DNA of 64,000 bases from Haplodiscus bocki. Lineage: Eukaryota. A program made the translations under genes and the position numbers. The DNA lies in contig OZ296649.1 of assembly GCA_965655095.1 (NCBI GenBank), positions 148,924,001 to 148,988,000 on the forward strand, given 5' to 3'. The notes beneath the pieces are model-generated. The model searched no databases. It had not been told where the DNA came from and was given only the letters and a program-made list of their open reading frames with translations. Each line of letters starts with the position of its first letter. The stretch's first letter is position 1. Below, piece by piece: positions 1 to 10,111 of this stretch.

Positions 1-262
1 GTTTAGTCTTAGTATTGTATACATAAATTTTAGTCGTTTTTTGTATATGAGAGGGAACATTGTTAAGCTAAGACAGTAGTTGCCTGAGCTCTGATAAAAC
101 AAATCACCACGCGGTTTATTGTAGTCCACGTCATGTGGATTTGTACTACAATCATCAAGTCGATTAAGGTTAAACCGGCGTACGTTAAGACGTTCTCGAC
201 AAAAATATTTAATTGCCAACATCTTGTTAATTTGGTCTTGATTGACAGTGTGAGTCTGATCT

Positions 263-1237
263 TCAAGAGGTTCGTCGTTCAGGAGAGGAAACTGGAGAGC
301 TAAGAAGAGCTGGAGTATGATAGTCTTGAAAAGGATTTAAAAAGGTAGCAGTTCCACGAGGAGTGCAAGTAGATGGATCAAAATTGAATTTTAGGCTTGC
401 ACAAACAAACGAGGCAGGTGAGGTTCTATAGGTTATATCTGAGCAGAAAAGTAGAAAGGGACGAACATATAATCTTTTAAAACAAACGCGTATGGAGAAC
501 TGAATTTCTAAATTAGGTTTATAAAGGATGGCAATTTCCTTAGTCTTCTTCGCGGGACTAAGACTTAAAGAGCGATTTATATTAACAATGCCATCGGATT
601 CAAGAGTGCTATCAAGATAAAATCCAGTAGAAAGAAAATTAAAGGACTGTGCGCTTTGATGGGTATTTCGAAAGTTCTGGAGAGAGGGAGGTAATTCATG
701 TGATGAATTTAAACTGAAACATTGAATGTGACGTTCGAGACAAGTAGTCGTATCCAAAGATGTATGCTCAAGAGATGTAGGATTAATTAAATTATGGATT
801 GGACGAGGAGAAAGGTCAGTAGTTGACAATAATGCAATATTTAATTTACGAGACGGGTTAGTAATGGGTGTAGAAGGTGAACGAGAGGTAAGTGATGTAG
901 TAGATTGGCGAGGAATGAACATAGTTTGTGAGTTTGTTAGTTGTGTTAAATTACTTGGAGACATTACAATTATAGTTCCTCTGATAGAGGAAAAAGTACG
1001 AAAAAACTTAGTACTTCCAGTGTTATTGAAATCATCGTCAGATAAAGTTATGGCATCATAAGAAAGGATTATGGTATCGTTAAATTCGTTTCCTGGGAGA
1101 ATATCGGGGGGTGGTCTGCTTGTTAAAATACTCTGGTTATGATATAGAGAAGCAATTTTTGAAAAGAATAAAAAAGTACCTTTGTGAGATGAAACGTGAA
1201 GAAGAGGTTTGAATTTCGTTGTTTGAAGGCTGAAAGA
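263..1237 (-). CDS. Accessory ORF between pol and env, 324-codon open frame (first ATG at 964 gives 233 aa), unknown function, copy 1
   Basis: The 233-aa ORF in the track extends stop-free upstream (SFSLQTTKFKPLLHVSSHKGTFLFFSKIASLYHNQSIL...ILSYDAITLSDDDF...FFRTFSSIRGTIIV-M) to a TGA at 1240-1238. A 975-nt open frame is unlikely by chance in AT-rich DNA. Expression is unknown. Confidence 0.5.
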   Translation of the reverse strand, partial: SFSLQTTKFKPLLHVSSHKGTFLFFSKIASLYHNQSILTSRPPPDILPGNEFNDTIILSYDAITLSDDDFNNTGSTKFFRTFSSIRGTIIVMSPSNLTQLTNSQTMFIPRQSTTSLTSRSPSTPITNPSRKLNIALLSTTDLSPRPIHNLINPTSLEHTSLDTTTCLERHIQCFSLNSSHELPPSLQNFRNTHQSAQSFNFLSTGFYLDSTLESDGIVNINRSLSLSPAKKTKEIAILYKPNLEIQFSIRVCFKRLYVRPFLLFCSDITYRTSPASFVCASLKFNFDPSTCTPRGTATFLNPFQDYHTPALLSSPVSSPERRTS

Positions 1238-1467
1238 TCAGAGGAGTTGAAAATTGGAGAGAGTGGTATCTATGAAATTTAAAGAGTCGGTTAATTATTT
1301 TGTATTTTTTAGTAAAATACCGATATGGAATTTGTTCAAAAATTAGAGAGACCGGTTACTTGAACGAAATCTAGTAACCTGGCAAAGAAGAAATGAACGG
1401 TTGAAGAGATGCATCTTGATGAGTTTGTTAATTTTCATATAACTGTGAGATAGAATCTTTAAATGTT

Positions 1468-1604
1468 AAGAAGCAGGAAGAGATATTTTTGTTGTTCGTC
1501 AAGTATCAACAAGAGATATTTTGTTGTTTGTTAAGTAGCAGCAAGAGAGCTTCTGTTATTTGTCAATGGTAGCAAGAGAGCTTTTGTTGATTTTAAGTAC
1601 CAGC
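1468..1604. repeat. Internal minisatellite, 4 degenerate copies of ~30-33 bp plus a partial (consensus ~AAGTAGCAGCAAGAGA(G/T)(C/A)TTTTGTTGTTTGTC); present in every monomer
   Basis: aagaagcaggaagagatatttttgttgttcgtc / aagtatcaacaagagatattttgttgtttgtt / aagtagcagcaagagagcttctgttatttgtc / aatggtagcaagagagcttttgttgatttt / aagtaccagc. Confidence 0.85.
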
Positions 1605-2127
1605 TGAATGAGTCGAAGGTAAGCGATGAATGAAGAGAAGAAATTATTGAGCTAAACTATTTTGCAGTGGAAAAACTAATGAGTGGTTGAGGACTTCGTA
1701 TCATGTAATTTTGTTGGCTAGCAGCGAGTTTGACTTGGGAGGTAACATAACGTTCTAGAAAGTTGTTTTGAATTCCGAAGCGTATATCGATTATAAAATG
1801 CCGAAGATCGAGTTCAAAGAGTATCTATCGAAAACAACAATGTTCGTACCGGTGCAATCCCAATGCTCGGTTGGTAACTCCGTCAAAAAACGATTTGATA
1901 GGTAGGCGAGTTTCACAAGAGAGAAAAATGTAGGTTCTAAGAAACTGTTTGGATTTTTGAATAGTTTATTAGTCTTTCAAAATGTCGGAGAATGAAGTCA
2001 AAACATCTACAAAACTGAAAGTTTAATTTGTTTTGATAGGCGGTGTAGTTATGAACAGACAAAGGGATTATTTGGAAGGATAATAAATTTGAAAAACAGA
2101 GCCTGTCTAAACTGATTTGAGCTATTT

Positions 2128-2650
2128 TTATCCCGAGTGAAAATAATATTTAGATGGAGGTATATGGGTGCGGTAGTCTTTGACAGGTTGTCGTCGAAGA
2201 CGGCGGGTTGTTCGGGATAGATAATATCCGGAAGTTTGGGAAGATGATGCGCTTACTGGAGGCGCTGTTGGTGTTATGGTATCAGTTTGATTGGTATTTG
2301 CTTGATCATTCAGCGTAGTAGGCGGTTGTTGAGAATTATCAAAGATTAATGGAGACGAAGTGTCGTCATCAGTGGAATTTATCGAGGTTTGCTGCCTGTC
2401 AGTCAAAAAGAAATCTGGTGTAGTCTCGTTCCCACAATCTTCTAGCGAATGGTAAGCTAATCGCTCGGGTCCATATATTTTACCGGCTGGGTTAAACGAG
2501 GATATGGTTATATGTCGCTTAAAAAAACCGTTTTATATTGTTGGAAAAGTTATTCTAAATGGGGGACAACGGGATAAAATGGGATCAAATGGTTTCGGTG
2601 TGCGAAATAAACATTTCCTTGATGTGACAGTACCTGATATTTCACATTTT
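2128..2650 (-). pseudogene. Pol/integrase C-terminal tail fragment (end of a GPY/F-type module plus a low-complexity S/T/P/D tail); a counterpart is present in every copy
   Basis: Manual translation gives NVKYQVLSHQGNVYFAHRNHLIPFYP...HITISSFNPAG...STDDDTSS...PTAPP...RTTRRLRRQPVKDYRTHIPPSK-stop. The N-V-x-Y-[QE]-[VLI]...H-R-N-H-L-x-P-[FY] pattern is typical of Gypsy integrase C-termini. It is interrupted by an in-frame TAA (E*L) in copies 1-17 and by homopolymer frameshifts. Confidence 0.72.
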
Positions 2651-2664
2651 ACTCGACGCATTGT

Positions 2665-3293
2665 ATTTGTAGAACCGTCTGGAATCCATGATTATTATTG
2701 TGATTGAGGGCTGTACACCCATACACCATAAAAATCTTGATCCAATGGGGTCGCTTGCATGGAACTTTGAATACGAATGAGATAATTTTGCTGTCCTGAA
2801 TCAGTTAAGAAAGCAATAGTTTGAGGAGATTCCATGGTTCGGTTAGACCGTGGACCGGAAAGTTCCAAGAGAAAGCTGACATGACTCTGATAGCCATACC
2901 TAGTAACAGCATGATACCTAACCATTGTCCTCGGATAGTAACTTTGTCGATCACGTTAATGTTTAGTCTTAGTATTGTATACATAAATTTTAGTCGTTTT
3001 TTGTATATGAGAGGGAACGTTGTTAAGCTAAGACAGTAGTTGCCTTAGCTCTGATAAAACAAATCACCACGCGGTTTATTGTAGGCCACGTCATGTGGAT
3101 TTGTACTACAATCATCAAGTCGATTAAGGTTAAACCGGCGTACGTTAAGACGTTCTCGACAAAAAAATTTAATTGCCAATATGTTGTTAATTTGGTCTTG
3201 ATTGACAGTGTGAGTTTGATCTTCAAGAGGTTCGTCGTTCAGGAGAGGAAACTGGAGAGCTAAGAAGAGCTGGAGTATGATAGTCTTGAAAAG
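2665..3293 (-). pseudogene. 5' fragment (~200 codons) of an Env-like viral fusion glycoprotein; a counterpart is present in every copy
   Basis: Consensus across copies: M(F/L)xIxILQLFLALQFP(HILS)LLNDEPLED...ILAIHYYCRERLNVRRFNLNRLDDCSTNP...VDLFIRAKATTVLAYQCSLSYTKTTKIY...*xDRQSYYPxTMVRYHAVTRxxCQSHVSFLLELSG..NRT...GVWVYSPQS..SWIPD. It has a hydrophobic signal peptide, spaced cysteines and an NRT sequon, and lies downstream of pol. It contains stops and frameshifts and is truncated at the monomer junction. Confidence 0.65.
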
Positions 3294-4197
3294 GATTAAA
3301 AAAGGTAGCAGTTCCACGAGGAGTGCAAGTAGATGGATCAAAATTGAATTTTAGGCTTGCACAAACAAACGAGGCAGGTGAGGTTCTATAGGTTATATCT
3401 GAGCAGAAAAGTGGAAAGGGACGAACATATAATCTTTTAAAACAAACGCGTATGGAGAACTGAATTTCTAAATTAGGTTTATAAAGGATGGCAATTTCCT
3501 TAGTCTTTTTCGCGGGACTAAGACTTAAAGAGCGATTTATATTAACAATGCCATCGGATTCAAGAGTGCTATCAAGATAAAATCCAGTAGAAAGAAAATT
3601 AAAGGACTGTGCGCTTTGATGGGTATTTCGAAAGTTCTGGAGAGAGGGAGGTAATTCATGTGATGAATTTAAACTGAAACATTGAATGTGACGTTCGAGA
3701 CAAGTAGTCGTATCCAAAGATGTATGCTCAAGAGATGTAGGATTAATTAAATTATGGATTGGACGAGGAGAAAGGTCAGTAGTTGACAATAATGCAATAT
3801 TTAATTTACGAGACGGGTTAGTAATGGGTGTAGAAGGTGAACGAGAGGTAAGTGATGTAGTAGATTGGCGAGGAATGAACATAGTTTGTGAGTTTGTTAG
3901 TTGTGTTAAATTACTTGGAGACATTACAATTATAGTTCCTCTGATAGAGGAAAAAGTACGAAAAAACTTAGTACTTCCAGTGTTATTGAAATCATCGTCA
4001 GATAAAGTTATGGCATCATAAGAAAGGATTATGGTATCGTTAAATTCGTTTCCTGGGAGAATATCGGGGGGTGGTCTGCTTGTTAAAATACTCTGGTTAT
4101 GATATAGAGAAGCAATTTTTGAAAAGAATAAAAAAGTACCTTTGTGAGATGAAACGTGAAGAAGAGGTTTGAATTTCGTTGTTTGAAGGCTGAAAGA
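3223..4197 (-). CDS. Accessory ORF, open frame, copy 2
   Basis: Near-identical to copy 1; ORF track 3223..3924 plus the open upstream extension. Confidence 0.5.
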   Translation of the reverse strand, partial: SFSLQTTKFKPLLHVSSHKGTFLFFSKIASLYHNQSILTSRPPPDILPGNEFNDTIILSYDAITLSDDDFNNTGSTKFFRTFSSIRGTIIVMSPSNLTQLTNSQTMFIPRQSTTSLTSRSPSTPITNPSRKLNIALLSTTDLSPRPIHNLINPTSLEHTSLDTTTCLERHIQCFSLNSSHELPPSLQNFRNTHQSAQSFNFLSTGFYLDSTLESDGIVNINRSLSLSPAKKTKEIAILYKPNLEIQFSIRVCFKRLYVRPFPLFCSDITYRTSPASFVCASLKFNFDPSTCTPRGTATFFNPFQDYHTPALLSSPVSSPERRTS

Positions 4198-6179
4198 TCA
4201 GCGGAGTTGAAAATTGGAGAGAGTGGTATCTATGAAATTTAAAGAGTCGGTTAATTATTTTGTATTTTTTAGTAAAATACCGATATGGAAAGTGTTCAAA
4301 AATTAGAGAGACCGGTTACTTGAACGAAATCTAGTAACCTGGCAAAGAAGAAATGAACGGTTGAAGAGATGCATCTTGATGAGTTTGTTAATTTTCATAT
4401 AACTGTGAGATAGAATCTTTAAATGTTAAGAAGCAGGAAGAGATATTTTTGTTGTTCGTCAAGTATCAACAAGAGATATTTTGTTGTTTGTTAAGTAGCA
4501 GCAAGAGAGCTTCTGTTATTTGTCAATGGTAGCAAGAGAGCTTTTGTTGATTTTAAGTACCAGCTGAATGAGTCGAAGGTAAGCGATGAATGAAGAGAAG
4601 AAATTATTGAGCTAAACTATTTTGCAGTGGAAAAACTAATGAGTGGTTGAGGACTTCGTATCATGGAATTTTGTTGGCTAGCAGCGAGTTTGACTTGGGA
4701 GGTAACTTAACGTTCTAGAAAGTTGTTTTGAATTCCGAAGCGTATATTGGTTATATAATGCCGAAGATCGAGTTCAAAGAGTATCTATCGAAAACAACAA
4801 TATTCGTACCGGTGCAATCCCAACGCTCGGTTAGTAACTCCGTCAAAAAACGATCTGATTCGTAGGCGAATTTCATAAGAGAGATAAATGTAGGTTCTAA
4901 GAAACTGTTTGGATTTTTGAATAGTTCATTAGTCTTTCAAAATCTCGGAAAACGAAGTCAAAACAATTACAAAATTGAAAGTTTAAATTGTTTTGATATG
5001 CGGTGTAGTTATGAACAGACAAAGGGCTTAATTGGAAGGATAATAACTTGGAAAAACAGAGGCTGTCTGAACTGATTTGAGCTATTTTTGTCCCGAGTGA
5101 AAATAATATTTAGAGGAGGTATATGGGTCCGGTAGTCTTTGACAGGTCGTCGAAGACGGCGGGTTGTTCGGGATTCAGAATATACGGAAGTTTGGGAAGA
5201 TGTTGCGCCTAGTGGAGGCGCTGTTGGTGTTATGATATCAGTTTGAATTGTATTTGCTTGATCATTCAGCGTAGTAGGCGGTTGTTGAGAATTATCAAAG
5301 ATTAATTGAGACGAAGTGTCGTTATCAGTGGAATTTGTCGAGGTTTGGTGCCTGTCAGTCAAAAAGAAATCTGGTGTAGTCTCGTTGCCAGAATCTTCTA
5401 GCGAATCGCAAGGTTATCGCTCGGGTGCACATATTTCACCGGCCGGGTTAAACGAGGATATGGTTATATGTCGCTTAAAAGAAACCGTTTTATATTGTTG
5501 GAAAAGTTATTCTAAATGGGGGACAACGGGATAAAATGGGATCAAATGGTTTCGGAGTGCGAACAAAACATTTCCTTGATGTGACAGTAACTGATATTTA
5601 ACATTTTACTCGACGCATTCTATTTGTAGAACCATCTGGAATCCATGATTATTAATGTGATTGAGGGCTGTAGTCCCATACACCATAAAAATCTTGATCC
5701 AATGGGGTCGCTTGCATGGAACTTTGAATACGAATGAGATAATTTTGCTGTCCTGAATCAGTTAAGAAAACAAGAGTTTGAGGAGATTCCATGGTTCGGT
5801 TAGACCATGGACCGGAAAGTTCCAAGAGAAAGCTGACATGACTCTGACAGTCATACCTAGTAACAGCATGATACCTAACCATTGTCCTCGGATAGTAACT
5901 TTGTCGATCACGTTAATGTTTAGTCTTAGTATTGTATACATAAATTTTAGTCGTTTTTTGTATATGAGAGGGAACATTGTTAAGCTAAGACAGTAGTTGC
6001 CTTAGCTCTGATAAAACAAATCACCACGCGGTTTATTGTAGGCCACGTCATGTGGATTTGTACTACAATCATCAAGTCGATTAAGGTTAAACCGGCGTAC
6101 GTTAAGACGTTCTCGACAAAAAAATTTAATTGCCAACATGTTGTTAATTTGGTCTTGATTGACAGTGTGAGTCTGATCT

Positions 6180-7154
6180 TCAAGAGGTTCGTCGTTCAGG
6201 AGAGGAAACTGGAGAGCTAAGAAGAGCTGGAGTATGATAGTCTTGAAAAGGATTTAAAAAGGTAGCAGTTCCACGAGGAGTGCAAGTAGATGGATCAAAA
6301 TTGAATTTTAGGCTTGCACAAACAAACGAGGCAGGTGAGGTTCTATAGGTTATATCTGAGCAGAAAAGTAGAAAGGGACGAACATATAATCTTTTAAAAC
6401 AAACGCGTATGGAGAACTGAATTTCTAAATTAGGTTTATAAAGGATGGCAATTTCCTTAGTCTTCTTCGCGGGACTAAGACTTAAAGAGCGATTTATATT
6501 AACAATGCCATCGGATTCAAGAGTGCTATCAAGATAAAATCCAGTAGAAAGAAAATTAAAGGACTGTGCGCTTTGATGGGTATTTCGAAAGTTCTGGAGA
6601 GAGGGAGGTAATTCATGTGATGAATTTAAACTGAAACATTGAATGTGACGTTCGAGACAAGTAGTCGTATCCAAAGATGTATGCTCAAGAGATGTAGGAT
6701 TAATTAAATTATGGATTGGACGAGGAGAAAGGTCAGTAGTTGACAATAATGCAATATTTAATTTACGAGACGGGTTAGTAATGGGTGTAGAAGGTGAACG
6801 AGAGGTAAGTGATGTAGTAGATTGGCGAGGAATGAACATAGTTTGTGAGTTTGTTAGTTGTGTTAAATTACTTGGAGACATTACAATTATAGTTCCTCTG
6901 ATAGAGGAAAAAGTACGAAAAAACTTAGTACTTCCAGTGTTATTGAAATCATCGTCAGATAAAGTTATGGCATCATAAGAAAGGATTATGGTATCGTTAA
7001 ATTCGTTTCCTGGGAGAATATCGGGGGGTGGTCTGCTTGTTAAAATACTCTGGTTATGATATAGAGAAGCAATTTTTGAAAAGAATAAAAAAGTACCTTT
7101 GTGAGATGAAACGTGAAGAAGAGGTTTGAATTTCGTTGTTTGAAGGCTGAAAGA
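6180..7154 (-). CDS. Accessory ORF, open frame, copy 3
   Basis: Near-identical to copy 1; ORF track 6180..6881 plus the open upstream extension. Confidence 0.5.
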   Translation of the reverse strand, partial: SFSLQTTKFKPLLHVSSHKGTFLFFSKIASLYHNQSILTSRPPPDILPGNEFNDTIILSYDAITLSDDDFNNTGSTKFFRTFSSIRGTIIVMSPSNLTQLTNSQTMFIPRQSTTSLTSRSPSTPITNPSRKLNIALLSTTDLSPRPIHNLINPTSLEHTSLDTTTCLERHIQCFSLNSSHELPPSLQNFRNTHQSAQSFNFLSTGFYLDSTLESDGIVNINRSLSLSPAKKTKEIAILYKPNLEIQFSIRVCFKRLYVRPFLLFCSDITYRTSPASFVCASLKFNFDPSTCTPRGTATFLNPFQDYHTPALLSSPVSSPERRTS

Positions 7155-9137
7155 TCAGAGGAGTTGAAAATTGGAGAGAGTGGTATCTATGAAATTTAAA
7201 GAGTCGGTTAATTATTTTGTATTTTTTAGTAAAATACCGATATGGAAAGTGTTCAAAAATTAGAGAGACCGGTTACTTGAACGAAATCTAGTAACCTAGC
7301 AAAGAAGAAATGAACTGTTGAGGAGATGCATCTTGATGAGTTTGTTAATTTTCATATAACTGTGAGATAGAATCTTTAAATGTTAAGAAGCAGGAAGAGA
7401 TATTTTTGTTGTTCGTCAAGTATCAACAAGAGATATTTTGTTGTTTGTTAAGTAGCAGCAAGAGAGCTTCTGTTATTTGTCAATGGTAGCAAGAGAGCTT
7501 TTGTTGATTTTAAGTACCAGCTGAATGAGTCGAAGGTAAGCGATGAATGAAGAGAAGAAATTATTGAGCTAAACTATTTTGCAGTGGAAAAACTAATGAG
7601 TGGTTGAGGACTTCGTATCATGGAATTTTGTTGGCTAGCAGCGAGTTTGACTTGGGAGGTAACTTAACGTTCTAGAAAGTTGTTTTGAATTCCGGAGCGT
7701 ATATTGGTTATATAATGCCGAAGATCCAGTTCAAAGAGTATCTATCGAAAACAACAATATTCGTACCGGTGCAATCCCAACGCTCGGTTAGTAACTCCGT
7801 CAAAAAACGATCTGATTCGTAGGCGAATTTCATAAGAGAGATAAATGTAGGTTCTAAGAAACTGTTTGGATTTTTGAATAGTTCATTAGTCTTTCAAAAT
7901 CTCGGAAAACGAAGTCAAAACAATTACAAAATTGAAAGTTTAAATTGTTTTGATATGCGGTGTAGTTATGAACAGACAAAGGGATTAATTGGAAGGATAA
8001 TAACTTGGAAAAACAGAGGCTGTCTGAACTGATTTGAGCTATTTTTGTCTCGAGTGAAAATAATATTTAGATGGAGGTATATGGGTCCGGTAGTCTTTGA
8101 CAGGTCGTCGAAGACGGCGGGTTGTTCGGGATTCAGAATATACGGAAGTTTGGGAAGATGTTGCGCCTAGTGGAGGCGCTGTTGGTGTTATGATATCAGT
8201 TTGAATTGTATTTGCTTGATCATTCAGCGTAGTAGGCGGTTGTTGAGAATTATCAAAGATTAATTGAGACGAAGTGTCGTTATCAGTGGAATTTATCGAG
8301 GTTTGGTGCCTGTCAGTCAAAAAGAAATCTGGTGTAGTCTCGTTGCCAGAATCTTCTAGCGAATCGCAAGGTTATCGCTCGGGTGCACATATTTCACCGG
8401 CCGGGTTAAACGAGGATATGGTTATATGTCGCTTAAAAGAAACCGTTTTATATTGTTGGAAAAGTTATTCTAAATGGGGGACAACGGGATAAAATGGGAT
8501 CAAATGGTTTCGGAGTGCGAACAAAACATTTCCTTGATGTGACAGTAACTGATATTTAACATTTTACTCGACGCATTCTATTTGTAGAACCATCTGGAAT
8601 CCATGATTATTAATGTGATTGAGGGCTGTAGTCCCATACACCATAAAAATCTTGATCCAATGGGGTCGCTTGCATGGAACTTTGAATACGAATGAGATAA
8701 TTTTGCTGTCCTGAATCAGTTAAGAAAACAAGAGTTTGAGGAGATTCCATGGTTCGGTTAGACCCTGGACCGGAAAGTTCCAAGAGAAAGCTGACATGAC
8801 TCTGACAGTCATACCTAGTAACAGCATGATACCTAACCATTGTCCTCGGATAGTAACTTTGTCGATCACGTTAATGTTTAGTCTTAGTATTGTATACATA
8901 AATTTTAGTCGTTTTTTGTATATGAGAGGGAACATTGTTAAGCTAAGACAGTAGTTGCTTTAGCTCTGATAAAACAAATCACCACGCGGTTTATTGTAGG
9001 CCACGTCATGTGGATTTGTACTACAATCATCAAGTCGATTAAGGTTAAACCGGCGTACGTTAAGACGTTCTCGACAAAAATATTTAATTGCCAACATGTT
9101 GTTAATTTGGTCTTGATTGACAGTGTGAGTCTGATCT

Positions 9138-10111
9138 TCAAGAGGTTCGTCGTTCAGGAGAGGAAACTGGAGAGCTAAGAAGAGCTGGAGTATGATAGTC
9201 TTGAAAAGGATTTAAAAAGGTAGCAGTTCCACGAGGAGTGCAAGTAGATGGATCAAAATTGAATTTTAGGCTTGCACAAACAAACGAGGCAGGTGAGGTT
9301 CTATAGGTTATATCTGAGCAGAAAAGTGGAAAGGGACGAACATATAATCTTTTAAAACAAACGCGTATGGAGAACTGAATTTCTAAATTAGGTTTATAAA
9401 GGATGGCAATTTCCTTAGTCTTTTTCGCGGGACTAAGACTTAAAGAGCGATTTATATTAACAATGCCATCGGATTCAAGAGTGCTATCAAGATAAAATCC
9501 AGTAGAAAGAAAATTAAAGGACTGTGCGCTTTGATGGGTATTTCGAAAGTTCTGGAGAGAGGGAGGTAATTCATGTGATGAATTTAAACTGAAACATTGA
9601 ATGTGACGTTCGAGACAAGTAGTCGTATCCAAAGATGTATGCTCAAGAGATGTAGGATTAATTAAATTATGGATTGGACGAGGAGAAAGGTCAGTAGTTG
9701 ACAATAATGCAATATTTAATTTACGAGACGGGTTAGTAATGGGTGTAGAAGGTGAACGAGAGGTAAGTGATGTAGTAGATTGGCGAGGAATGAACATAGT
9801 TTGTGAGTTTGTTAGTTGTGTTAAATACTTGGAGACATTACAATTATAGTTCCTCTGATAGAGGAAAAAGTACGAAAAAACTTAGTACTTCCAGTGTTAT
9901 TGAAATCATCGTCAGATAAAGTTATGGCATCATAAGAAAGGATTATGGTATCGTTAAATTCGTTTCCTGGGAGAATATCGGGGGGTGGTCTGCTTGTTAA
10001 AATACTCTGGTTATGATATAGAGAAGCAATTTTTGAAAAGAATAAAAAAGTACCTTTGTGAGATGAAACGTGAAGAAGAGGTTTGAATTTCGTTGTTTGA
10101 AGGCTGAAAGA
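9138..10111 (-). pseudogene. Accessory ORF, copy 4, broken by a 1-nt deletion; copies 5-22 are also disrupted
   Basis: ttaaatactt at ~9821-9830 replaces ttaaattactt, leaving 219 aa. Copies 5-22 have gtatttcaaaa (minus-strand TGA) where copies 1-4 have gtatttcgaaa (CGA). Confidence 0.6.

Larger units (their letters stand above)
2660..5617 (-). mobile_element. One monomer in its natural phase: internal pol-3'/accessory/env-5' fragment of an env-bearing Ty3/Gypsy-like LTR retrotransposon (non-autonomous; same in every copy)
   Basis: Minus-strand order is integrase tail, stop, intergenic region with accessory ORFs, then signal peptide plus Cys-rich Env-like N-terminus. This is the usual pol-then-env order. 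The Env fragment breaks off at ~2660 and the integrase tail restarts. Boundaries are approximate. Confidence 0.75.

Noticed and set aside
63-266. Minus-strand ORFs MKI(R/K)LTLSIKTK... and ...RLNINVIDKVTIR.QWLGIMLLLG...
   Set aside because: They are alternative frames of the Env-like fragment. The Cys-patterned frame is continuous through a single stop and is the more plausible one.
864-1061. Recurrent plus-strand short ORFs (MGVEGERE..., MRRFHGSV..., MGPVVFDR..., MWLEKKPF...)
   Set aside because: They are antisense shadows of the minus-strand frames, 60-110 aa, often with non-ATG starts, and recur only because the DNA is repeated.
1354-1379. Small hairpin ggttact-N12-agtaacc as a terminator
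   Set aside because: The stem is weak and AT-rich, is not preserved in all copies, has no U-tract, and the context looks eukaryotic.
1468-1604. ~32-bp semi-palindromic repeats resembling a CRISPR array
   Set aside because: The repeats are contiguous with no unique spacers, are degenerate, and there are no cas genes.
1600-1655. ctgaatga-gtcg...cgat-gaa resembling a hammerhead ribozyme core
   Set aside because: The core deviates from CUGAnGA...GAAA (extra base, GAAU) and I could not build stem I. An Infernal search with hammerhead models would settle it.
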